Shown here: positions 18,749 through 25,451 of the stretch, piece after piece
Position numbering within the stretch: position 1 is the stretch's first letter
How the letters are laid out: each line of letters opens with the position of its first letter
From: Chlamydiota bacterium
GTDB lineage: Bacteria > Chlamydiota > Chlamydiia > Chlamydiales > SM23-39
Length of the DNA: 25,451 nt
Reading direction: 5' to 3'
Assembly (NCBI GenBank): GCA_050049995.1
Contig: JASFVE010000025.1
Coordinates: 1 to 25,451 of the forward strand
Program-made: the position numbers and the translations under genes
The notes under the pieces: generated by a model
The model's database searches: none
Seen by the model: only the letters and a program-made list of their open reading frames with translations
Told to the model about the DNA's origin: nothing

Positions 18749-19363
18749 ATGAGAACAGAATTTGCAAATGACCTTGTAGGAATTAACCTTAGTTTGTGGG
18801 TTGAAGCTTGCCAACATAATGATGAGCCAGAAGAGCTTAACGCTCAACGTAGACGTCTCGCCAATCACTTTGGTGAGAGTGAAGATATAATTGACCAATT
18901 AAACGTAAAAGCGAGCCCCTCTTATTCTTTCTTTGGAGAGAAACTGCTTAATATCGAAATTCCTAAAATAAATCTTAAAGAAAAGCTTTCAATAAATGAT
19001 CTCGCTAAACGATGCATAAGGGTTCTAAAAGATACTAGTTTCCAGGAAAATGAAAGATTAGTAGCTGGAGAAATTTTCATGGATGATCTCCCATATTTTA
19101 GGGGAATTTTAGACAACAAACTACAAACGCATTCCCTTATTTTTCGAATTGTTGTTTGGGCTAGAAATTTATTTTCTAATTGGCAAATTCAAAGCTTTAA
19201 TGAAAGCTATGATGTCACTTTTCAAGAAAATGAAGATGATCGTAGAACTGGTGTGATTGTTCAATCACGAAAGGAGCTGGAAACTGATCATCACTCCACA
19301 CAAGAAGTAATTTCTTTGCTCGATCAAATTGAGGGGGCTTCCCATGAAATGGGAGCGGAGTAA
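18749..19363 (+). CDS. Hypothetical protein, paralog B (candidate secreted effector)
   Basis: 204 aa, GGGGA RBS; roughly half of residues identical to paralog A by eye, with two in-frame deletions relative to A. Confidence 0.8.
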   Translation: MRTEFANDLVGINLSLWVEACQHNDEPEELNAQRRRLANHFGESEDIIDQLNVKASPSYSFFGEKLLNIEIPKINLKEKLSINDLAKRCIRVLKDTSFQENERLVAGEIFMDDLPYFRGILDNKLQTHSLIFRIVVWARNLFSNWQIQSFNESYDVTFQENEDDRRTGVIVQSRKELETDHHSTQEVISLLDQIEGASHEMGAE

Positions 19364-19558
19364 GGTAACTATCTTTTTGTTTTAAATTATCGAAGTAGGC
19401 AAGGAGAAGATCAGCTCTTCTGATGTATTGAGAGATTGAAGCTTGCCTATATTAATTTCATTCTACCTAGTGGACCTTAGAAAAACTGATTTCTTCTGCA
19501 GTAAAGCTTATGTGCTCAACATTATGGTTGATGCCTCTAATGCAATAAATTCAATTTA

Positions 19559-20089
19559 CTAATCGATAAAACATTTTAGCGTGAAAATGAAAACGCCGTA
19601 TATCCTTTGACCATCTTCAGAATCTATAAATTTTGCTGAAATTTTATCTGCCACTCTTTTAGCTGCTTCAACATTATCTAGTCGAAGGTATTCTTTTATA
19701 ATTGGGTTAGCTATTTTTTGGATTTCACAGCCGTTATAGGGGCTTTCTTTTTTTACTTCCTCATCAAGAAGAGGTTCAGCCTTTTTAAGGATATTTTGCT
19801 GTGCTTTTTTTATGCTTAATCTCGCCCCAGTATATGGACTATTTTTTTCAATTATATTGAAAAAAATGCGCTTAGTAGTAGCAAAGATATTTTGCTGTTC
19901 TTTTTTAAAGCTTTCCTGAGAAATATGACATAATAAATTTGTACGAGTAATAGGGTCATCAACAAACTCTCCAATCAAATTAAGAATATCTAAAGGCGCT
20001 GTAGCAGCTATAGATTGATTTTTTTGAGGTTGATTTGCTCCAATAATAGTAAATAGCATTTCTCTAAAAGCTATAATCCCTAAACTCAT
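19559..20089 (-). CDS. Hypothetical protein with weak F-box-like N-terminal motif
   Basis: 176 aa, AGGA RBS, very AT-rich upstream region with TATAAT; APLDILNLIGEFVDDPITRTNLLCHISQ. Confidence 0.6.
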   Translation of the reverse strand: MSLGIIAFREMLFTIIGANQPQKNQSIAATAPLDILNLIGEFVDDPITRTNLLCHISQESFKKEQQNIFATTKRIFFNIIEKNSPYTGARLSIKKAQQNILKKAEPLLDEEVKKESPYNGCEIQKIANPIIKEYLRLDNVEAAKRVADKISAKFIDSEDGQRIYGVFIFTLKCFID

Positions 20090-20223
20090 TTCCTAGTCCA
20101 TTTTTTTAATTTAATTTGATTATTATAATAAAAAGGCTATTTATTTTTAATAAAACTAAATTTTAAAAAAAATGTTATTTCAACTTATTAAGATAAAACT
20201 TTAAACTTAACATTTAAATCTTA

Positions 20224-21594
20224 TCAGATTAAAGATTTATTTTTACTAGATTTTGAGGGGGATAAAGAAACTAATTCTACTTTAGCGTTAAGGGATTGGA
20301 GTTTTCCTACAAGATCTTCATAGCCGCGATCTAGGTAGTGTACATTGGAAATGGCGCTTTCTTCAGGAGCTAGCAAAGCTGCCATCACATAGGCAAAACC
20401 AGCTCTTAGGTCGGGGATAGATATATTTTTGCCTTTGAGGGGGGTTTTACCATATACAATCAAGCCGTGATGGTGATACTGGTTATTAAACCTGCATGGT
20501 TTATTTCCAAGACATTGTGTAAATAGTTCTAATTTTGCACCCATTTCCTGGAGAGTTTTTGTATATCCAAAACGGTTTTCATAGACTGTTTCATGGATAA
20601 CAGAAAAACCTTCTGCTTGAGTTAGAAGTACTGCAAAAGGTTGTTGCCAGTCTGTCATAAATCCTGGATGTACATCCGTCTCAATGTGAAGGCCACTTTT
20701 TAAAGGTTTGTCATAAAAAAACTCTATACCATCGTCATATACCTTAAAGCCTGCTCCTGTTTTTTGCAGTTGGGACAAGAAAGGAATTAAAAATATATGT
20801 TGAGCTCCTCTTACAAAAACTTTGCCTTTTGTACTAACAGCGGCTAATGCGTAAGAGATAATTTCATTACGATCGTAAATAACATTGTGTTCAACTTCTT
20901 TAAATTCGGTAGTTTGATAGATTTGAATGATTCGATCTGAGTCGATGAAAATATTACACCCCATCTTTTGTAAGAATAGAATTAAATCAATGATTTCAGG
21001 CTCGATAGCTGCGTTTTTAATAGTAGTTGAATCTTTAGCACTTAAAGCTGCTAAAATAATGTTTTCTGTAGCCCCAACAGATGGATAAGGGAGTGTAATC
21101 GTAGCGCCTTTTAATCCATTATGAGCTTGTGCAAAATAAGCTCCTTGCTTCTTCATTTCCCGGTACTCAATTGTTGCTCCTAATTTCTGAAGAGAGCTGG
21201 TATGAAAATCAACTGGCCGTTGCCCTAGGTTATCACCTCCAACTGTTGGCACTATAATATCTTCATGAGTCCTGCCTAATAGAGCACCTATCATTAGTAT
21301 CGGGATTCTGTTAGCTCCGGAATATCTTTGAGGTACATAAGTGTTTTTTATATTTTCTGTAATAACCTGCAGCGTTTTTTCTTTTTTGTCCCACTGAACA
21401 TCCATACCTATCTCACGACACATATTTAATGTCGTTTCAACTTCACCGATATTGGGAACATTTGTGAATGTGCATTTTTTATTTGATAGTAATGAAGCGA
21501 CAAGCATTTTAGTAATGGCATTTTTAGCCCCTGATGCTTGTACTTCGCCTGTTAGAACTGAACCACCTTTGATTTTGAGAAGCTGTATATCCAT
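20224..21594 (-). CDS. murA: UDP-N-acetylglucosamine 1-carboxyvinyltransferase, Asp-type (ATG 21594 preferred over TTG 21612)
   Basis: SGAKNA, VGGDNLGQRPVDFH, PSVGATEN, NAAIEPEI, HPGFMTDWQQP, HETVYENRF, PDLRAG, LDRGYE. Confidence 0.98.
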   Translation of the reverse strand: MDIQLLKIKGGSVLTGEVQASGAKNAITKMLVASLLSNKKCTFTNVPNIGEVETTLNMCREIGMDVQWDKKEKTLQVITENIKNTYVPQRYSGANRIPILMIGALLGRTHEDIIVPTVGGDNLGQRPVDFHTSSLQKLGATIEYREMKKQGAYFAQAHNGLKGATITLPYPSVGATENIILAALSAKDSTTIKNAAIEPEIIDLILFLQKMGCNIFIDSDRIIQIYQTTEFKEVEHNVIYDRNEIISYALAAVSTKGKVFVRGAQHIFLIPFLSQLQKTGAGFKVYDDGIEFFYDKPLKSGLHIETDVHPGFMTDWQQPFAVLLTQAEGFSVIHETVYENRFGYTKTLQEMGAKLELFTQCLGNKPCRFNNQYHHHGLIVYGKTPLKGKNISIPDLRAGFAYVMAALLAPEESAISNVHYLDRGYEDLVGKLQSLNAKVELVSLSPSKSSKNKSLI

Positions 21595-21627
21595 AGCTTT
21601 AGCATAATTCAAGACGCCTTCAAAAAG

Positions 21628-22677
21628 CTAGAGTTTCTCCAAAAAAATCTGGTGAGGAAAAAATAGTTCATGATTTTTGCTTATTTTAAGCTTTTGAGGT
21701 AAGAGCCCATCTTTAGGGCTTTTGGTTGCAATGAAGGAAAAAGCCATATCAGAGTTTGGATGAAATTTTTTCTGAGAGTAAAGCGCGACATAACTCATCG
21801 TTTTTCTGGCATTCACTTCAGCAATAGGGTGTAAATATCGCTTATGGTTGTCTTCATATATGAAAGCATCAAAGCCAACATTTCCAAAAAAACCTAAATC
21901 TTTGCACCTTTCTAAAAGGTGTTTTGCGTATTCCAGGTGCTCTTGATAAAAGCTTTCTAGTAAAAGAAGGGGGTTCTTTCTGATAATAGTTTTACGATAT
22001 GTCCCTTTTTGATCTGCTTCAAAGATAGTAGTTCCTAAAAAAGTAATATCTTTATTTTTTTCAATTATCCATTGCGTGCTAAAATCTAATACTCTTTTTA
22101 CCCAAGGCTCAACAATAATAGGTCTGTTTTCTTTAAATTCTTGAGTAAGTACTTTTTGTATTTTAAGAGGCATATTTTCAGGTTTAGTTGGAAGTATAAA
22201 AAGGCCTCTTCCAGCTGTCTCAAAAGCAATTTTTAAGACTTTAGGATAAGGTCCTTTTGATAAAGCTGCTAGAAGATCCTCGTTTGTTTTTGCCATGAAG
22301 GAAAAGGGAAGTTGCTTGCTATATATAAAGGGGAAAGATTTTGCGTGGATTTTTCTTAAAACGCTAAGTTCGGGCATTTGGTAAGAAAGGCCCTTTTTCA
22401 TTGCCCAATCTTTTATTGAAAGAGATGGTCCCCAACTATCTAGTTGGTAAGATGTGTCAATCACGCCATCTAGTAAGTAACACGAGTTTTCGGGAAATTT
22501 TTTAAGATATTCTTTTTCAGGTAAATGTGAGACAGCTGCGTTCTTTCCATATAAAAAGGGTAAAAACTGGAGCTGATAAAAAATGGGATGTAAGGAAAAG
22601 TAAAAGCGCAAGTCTTTTGGTGTTTTCTCTAAAAGCTCCCTTTCAAAAAAAGAATTACAGAAGTGAATCGTTTTCAT
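21628..22677 (-). CDS. Uncharacterised ATP-grasp-fold protein
   Basis: [52 protein letters not shown] follow the ATP-grasp K..GxG / E.. / GxxGxD / ExNxR pattern. Confidence 0.75.
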   Translation of the reverse strand: MKTIHFCNSFFERELLEKTPKDLRFYFSLHPIFYQLQFLPFLYGKNAAVSHLPEKEYLKKFPENSCYLLDGVIDTSYQLDSWGPSLSIKDWAMKKGLSYQMPELSVLRKIHAKSFPFIYSKQLPFSFMAKTNEDLLAALSKGPYPKVLKIAFETAGRGLFILPTKPENMPLKIQKVLTQEFKENRPIIVEPWVKRVLDFSTQWIIEKNKDITFLGTTIFEADQKGTYRKTIIRKNPLLLLESFYQEHLEYAKHLLERCKDLGFFGNVGFDAFIYEDNHKRYLHPIAEVNARKTMSYVALYSQKKFHPNSDMAFSFIATKSPKDGLLPQKLKISKNHELFFPHQIFLEKL

Positions 22678-22722
22678 TATTCTTTAAATTTATTAAACTT
22701 TTTAGGAAAAAAGAAAAATATT

Positions 22723-23232
22723 ATGACACAATCAAATTATCAAATCACACGAACAGGAATAGGTCAAGACAGCCATCGATTTTTAGCAGAAGATTCAAGC
22801 AAACCTTGCATTATAGGTGGTCTAATTTTTGAGGGGGTCCCTGGTCTTTCAGCTGATTCAGATGGAGATGTAATTTTCCATGCCATTTGTAATGCAATAA
22901 CCTCTATTAGTGGAGTTCCTATTTTAGGCAAAATAGCCATTGAGCTCTGTCAAAAAGATGGAATTACAGATTCTCAAATTTATTTAGAAAAAGCTCTAGA
23001 AACATTAAAAGATCAAACAATCACGCATGTAGCTCTTTCATTAGAAGCCAAACGGCCAAGGCTGCAACAGAGCATTGAAGATATGCGAGAAAATATAGCA
23101 AAGGTAATGGGTTTAAAGATGAGTCAGGTGGGGATTACAGCAACTTCAGGAGACGGATTGACTGATTTTGGATGCGGTGAAGGAATTCAATGTTTTTGTA
23201 TTTTAACGACTCAATCAGTAAACGTCAGTTAA
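22723..23232 (+). CDS. ispF: 2-C-methyl-D-erythritol 2,4-cyclodiphosphate synthase (ATG 22723 preferred over GTG 22663)
   Basis: [11 protein letters not shown] (DxH), [30 protein letters not shown]. Confidence 0.95.
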   Translation: MTQSNYQITRTGIGQDSHRFLAEDSSKPCIIGGLIFEGVPGLSADSDGDVIFHAICNAITSISGVPILGKIAIELCQKDGITDSQIYLEKALETLKDQTITHVALSLEAKRPRLQQSIEDMRENIAKVMGLKMSQVGITATSGDGLTDFGCGEGIQCFCILTTQSVNVS

Positions 23233-24315
23233 ATACCTTTTGCTTTTTCTTAGCTCTTTTAAAAAAGTTCTAGCCTCATCACTTGTTAGGTGGCCATAAG
23301 TTTCAAAGATTGTTAAAAAAGCAGCTTCCACTTCTTTTGCCATACTTTTTGCATCACCGCAAACATAAACAAGGGCGCCTTGATTAATCCATTGATAAAT
23401 CTCTTGTGCACTTTCAAAAAGCTTATGCTGAACATAAACTTTTTGGCTGCCATCTCTTGAGAAAGCAAGATCTAGCTTTAAGAAATTTTCCTTTTCCAAT
23501 TTTTTGAAAAAATCCTGATAGTAAAAGTCAGAATCCTTATGTCTTTCTCCAAAAAATAGCCAATTTTTCCCCGTTGCTTTTCTATGCCATCTTTCTTGAA
23601 GGAAAGCTCTGAAGGGGGCCACTCCGGTTCCAGGTCCAATCATGATAATAGGAAGGGAATCATTTTCAGGTAGGGTAAAATGTGTAGTTGGTTGAACGTA
23701 AAGTTTTATCTTTTGGTCTTTTGCTGTCAAATTACATAAGAAGCGGCTGCCTATCCCATAACGGATGACGCCATTTACGGAGTAAGATAGTTCAGTTACG
23801 GTAAGATGTATTTCATCAGGTGTTGCTATAGGAGATGATGAAATAGAATAAAATCGAGGTAATAATGGTTTTAAAGACTTTAAAAACTCTTCCTTTGTAA
23901 GTTTTACTGGAAAGTTGCTTAAAACATCTTGGAGCTCTTTTTCTTCTAGATATTTCATATAAATATCTTTTGTATCTAGCAGCTGTACAAGCTCTTGTTT
24001 TTTTTCACCTTCAGGTAAAGAATTTTTCAACAATTCAAGTAATTTTTTAGTGGCAAAATTTATGCTATAGTTTTCTTGTAATTCTTCAAGAAATTGCTGA
24101 TCTTTTTCTTCACAATCTACAAGATTATAAATTTTTGTAGCATCTTCTAAAGTGTTTGTAGGGTAAATACCAACGCTATCGCCAACTTTATAAGGTAAGC
24201 TATCTTTATCTACTTCTAGCACAATATGATAGGTAGACTTTGTAGATTCAGGGCTATTCAATAGCCATCTATCCTTTAAAGTTGCTTGATAAGGATTTTT
24301 ACGATTGTAGTTCAT
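23215..24315 (-). CDS. CysJ/cytochrome P450 reductase-like FAD/NADPH reductase module lacking a flavodoxin domain (ATG 24315 preferred)
   Basis: [86 protein letters not shown]. Confidence 0.92.
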   Translation of the reverse strand: MNYNRKNPYQATLKDRWLLNSPESTKSTYHIVLEVDKDSLPYKVGDSVGIYPTNTLEDATKIYNLVDCEEKDQQFLEELQENYSINFATKKLLELLKNSLPEGEKKQELVQLLDTKDIYMKYLEEKELQDVLSNFPVKLTKEEFLKSLKPLLPRFYSISSSPIATPDEIHLTVTELSYSVNGVIRYGIGSRFLCNLTAKDQKIKLYVQPTTHFTLPENDSLPIIMIGPGTGVAPFRAFLQERWHRKATGKNWLFFGERHKDSDFYYQDFFKKLEKENFLKLDLAFSRDGSQKVYVQHKLFESAQEIYQWINQGALVYVCGDAKSMAKEVEAAFLTIFETYGHLTSDEARTFLKELRKSKRYLTDVY

Positions 24316-24400
24316 GTTTTGATGTAAAAAAATAGACAATGAGTGTTTTATATAGATAAAATACCATTAATAAGCCTTAGTTGGCAAGGCAAGGAAAGTT

Positions 24401-24529
24401 ATGAAATTTTTTCTATTAGTTACTCTGAGCATTTTTTTCACATCTTGCGCTACAAATGGCGGTATCTCTAGAGGATACGTTATTTCACACTCCACCGAAG
24501 ATGTTCCATTAGAGCAAGATGAAGATTAG
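24401..24529 (+). CDS. Small putative lipoprotein, 42 aa (not in ORF track)
   Basis: AAGGA RBS; MKFFLLVTLSIFFTSCATNGGISRGYVISHSTEDVPLEQDED*; basic n-region, hydrophobic h-region, lipobox FTS-C16; fills the gap between the CysJ-like gene and gltX. Confidence 0.7.
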   Translation: MKFFLLVTLSIFFTSCATNGGISRGYVISHSTEDVPLEQDED

Positions 24530-25451
24530 TCTTTTAAAAAAAAAGAGCAATCTTTAGCTTCCCATAGCTTTCGCAAAGTACCCATTTTTTTATTAGATAT
24601 ACCACCTAAAAATTCAATCGCACTCAAAATTCTTGCCCTTGTTCTATCTTTTCCCAAAATATCTACTGAGTTAAAAAGAGGGGGGCCAAACTTTTTCCCC
24701 ATAATGGTAACAAACAAAATAGGAATGATAATTTTTTTATAGTTAACTTGAAATGCTTCAGCAATTTCATGAGATGCTGTCTCTAAAGCATCAGAGGCAA
24801 AGCTCTCTTTTTCTTCTAATGCCCAAATTAGTGTTTGAAGTATGGCAGCTGAATGCATAGGTAATAGGCCTTTAGGGCAAAGATCTTCTAAATTATATGT
24901 TAAATGATTGATAAATAGAAAATCGCACTGCTCAATAAAGTCTCCAAAAGTTCGAATACGAGTATGTATCATTGGCATTAGCTTTTTCATGAATTCATCA
25001 CTAAAACTCCACTCTTTAAGTCTTTGCCATAGATTTTCTTCTGAAATGCTGTTTATAAGATACTTTTGGTTAAGCCACTCTAATTTTTTGATATCGAAAA
25101 AAGCACCTGATGCGCCAATTCTTGAAGTGTCAAAACTTTCAATAATCTCTTGCAGTGAGTAAAACTCTTTATCGCCAGGCATACTGTACCCTAAAAGAGT
25201 GAGAAAGTTAATTAAAGCTTCAGGTAGGTAGCCGCTGTCTTTGTAGAAGAAAACGGAAGTAGGGTTTTTTCTTTTAGAAAGCTTTTTCCCATCTTTTCCT
25301 AAAAGGAGGGGCATGTGGATAAATACAGGCTTTTCAAATCGGAGGTATTCATACAATAATACGTGTTTGGCCGTAGAGCTCATCCACTCGTCTCCTCGAA
25401 TAACATGGGAGATTTTCATAAGATGGTCATCTACCACGTTGGCTAAATGGT
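24526..25451 (-). CDS. gltX: Glutamate--tRNA ligase, 5' part outside window
   Basis: HLANVVDDHLMKISHVIRGDEW, HMPLL..DGKKLSKR, GYLPEALINFL, FDIKKLEWLN, GPPLF. Confidence 0.98.
   Translation of the reverse strand, partial: HLANVVDDHLMKISHVIRGDEWMSSTAKHVLLYEYLRFEKPVFIHMPLLLGKDGKKLSKRKNPTSVFFYKDSGYLPEALINFLTLLGYSMPGDKEFYSLQEIIESFDTSRIGASGAFFDIKKLEWLNQKYLINSISEENLWQRLKEWSFSDEFMKKLMPMIHTRIRTFGDFIEQCDFLFINHLTYNLEDLCPKGLLPMHSAAILQTLIWALEEKESFASDALETASHEIAEAFQVNYKKIIIPILFVTIMGKKFGPPLFNSVDILGKDRTRARILSAIEFLGGISNKKMGTLRKLWEAKDCSFFLKD

Larger units (their letters stand above)
18500..19537 (+). repeat. Tandem duplication unit 2
   Basis: Starts ATGCATCCAGTTCTAAAAAATCA as at 17333; ends with CATTATGGTT as just before 18500. 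Confidence 0.9.

Noticed and set aside
18119..19199. CRISPR-like repeats
   Set aside because: Only two copies about 1 kb apart, both inside ORFs; no array and no cas genes
17333..19537. Diversity-generating retroelement (template/variable repeat pair)
   Set aside because: Mismatches between copies include C/T, A/G and transversions in both directions, not adenine-specific, and there is no reverse transcriptase in the window
19364..19558. Decayed 3' continuation of the 19559-20089 gene (minus strand reads QASISQYIRRADLLLAYFDNLKQK; similar text at ~18345-18420)
   Set aside because: Needs several stops or frameshifts to connect and I cannot recognise a homologue; unsupported without tblastn
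17333..20223. IS, prophage or integron-like element
   Set aside because: No transposase, integrase, terminal inverted repeats or tRNA attachment site; simple tandem duplication explains the repeats
22723..23232. IspF inactivation suggested by DSDGD instead of HSDGD and loss of the GDIG motif
   Set aside because: Zn ligands (DxH and the later H) are intact, and similar divergence is typical of chlamydial IspF as I recall it
18695..25162. ORFs 18695-18898, 18922-19119, 22527-22832 and 24908-25162
   Set aside because: Antisense or out-of-frame overlaps with better-supported genes, with no independent evidence of coding

Overview
AT-rich chromosomal segment of a member of the phylum Chlamydiota, most likely an environmental (non-Chlamydiaceae) lineage. 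The assignment rests on an NTT nucleotide transporter, a DUF2709-like gene beside tsaE/dnaQ, chlamydial-type IspF and Asp-type MurA, and gene order recalling C. trachomatis rho-coaE-polA-sohB-npt2-pgsA and argS-murA. Most of the window is housekeeping: a minus-strand run (ntt-dedA-pgsA-sppA-polA-coaE-rho-hypothetical), pgk, DUF2709-tsaE-engB-dnaQ, ldh-argS, epmB, ATP-grasp-murA, ispF, a CysJ-like reductase and partial gltX. The one accessory region (~17.3-20.2 kb) is a ~1.1 kb tandem duplication with microhomology at its breakpoints. It carries two strongly diverged paralogous hypothetical genes with consensus promoters, a 65-bp perfectly identical tract, a conserved downstream stem, and a dead copy of the epmB 5' end. 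A possible F-box-like effector gene follows. Other oddities are an epmB reading frame whose conserved N-terminus has no canonical start codon, an unannotated 42-aa lipoprotein, and a palindrome cluster upstream of the NTT gene. I saw no rRNA, tRNA, CRISPR array, transposase or reverse transcriptase, and no clear-cut new multi-gene system. The best leads are the duplicated effector-like cassette and the ATP-grasp/murA pairing.
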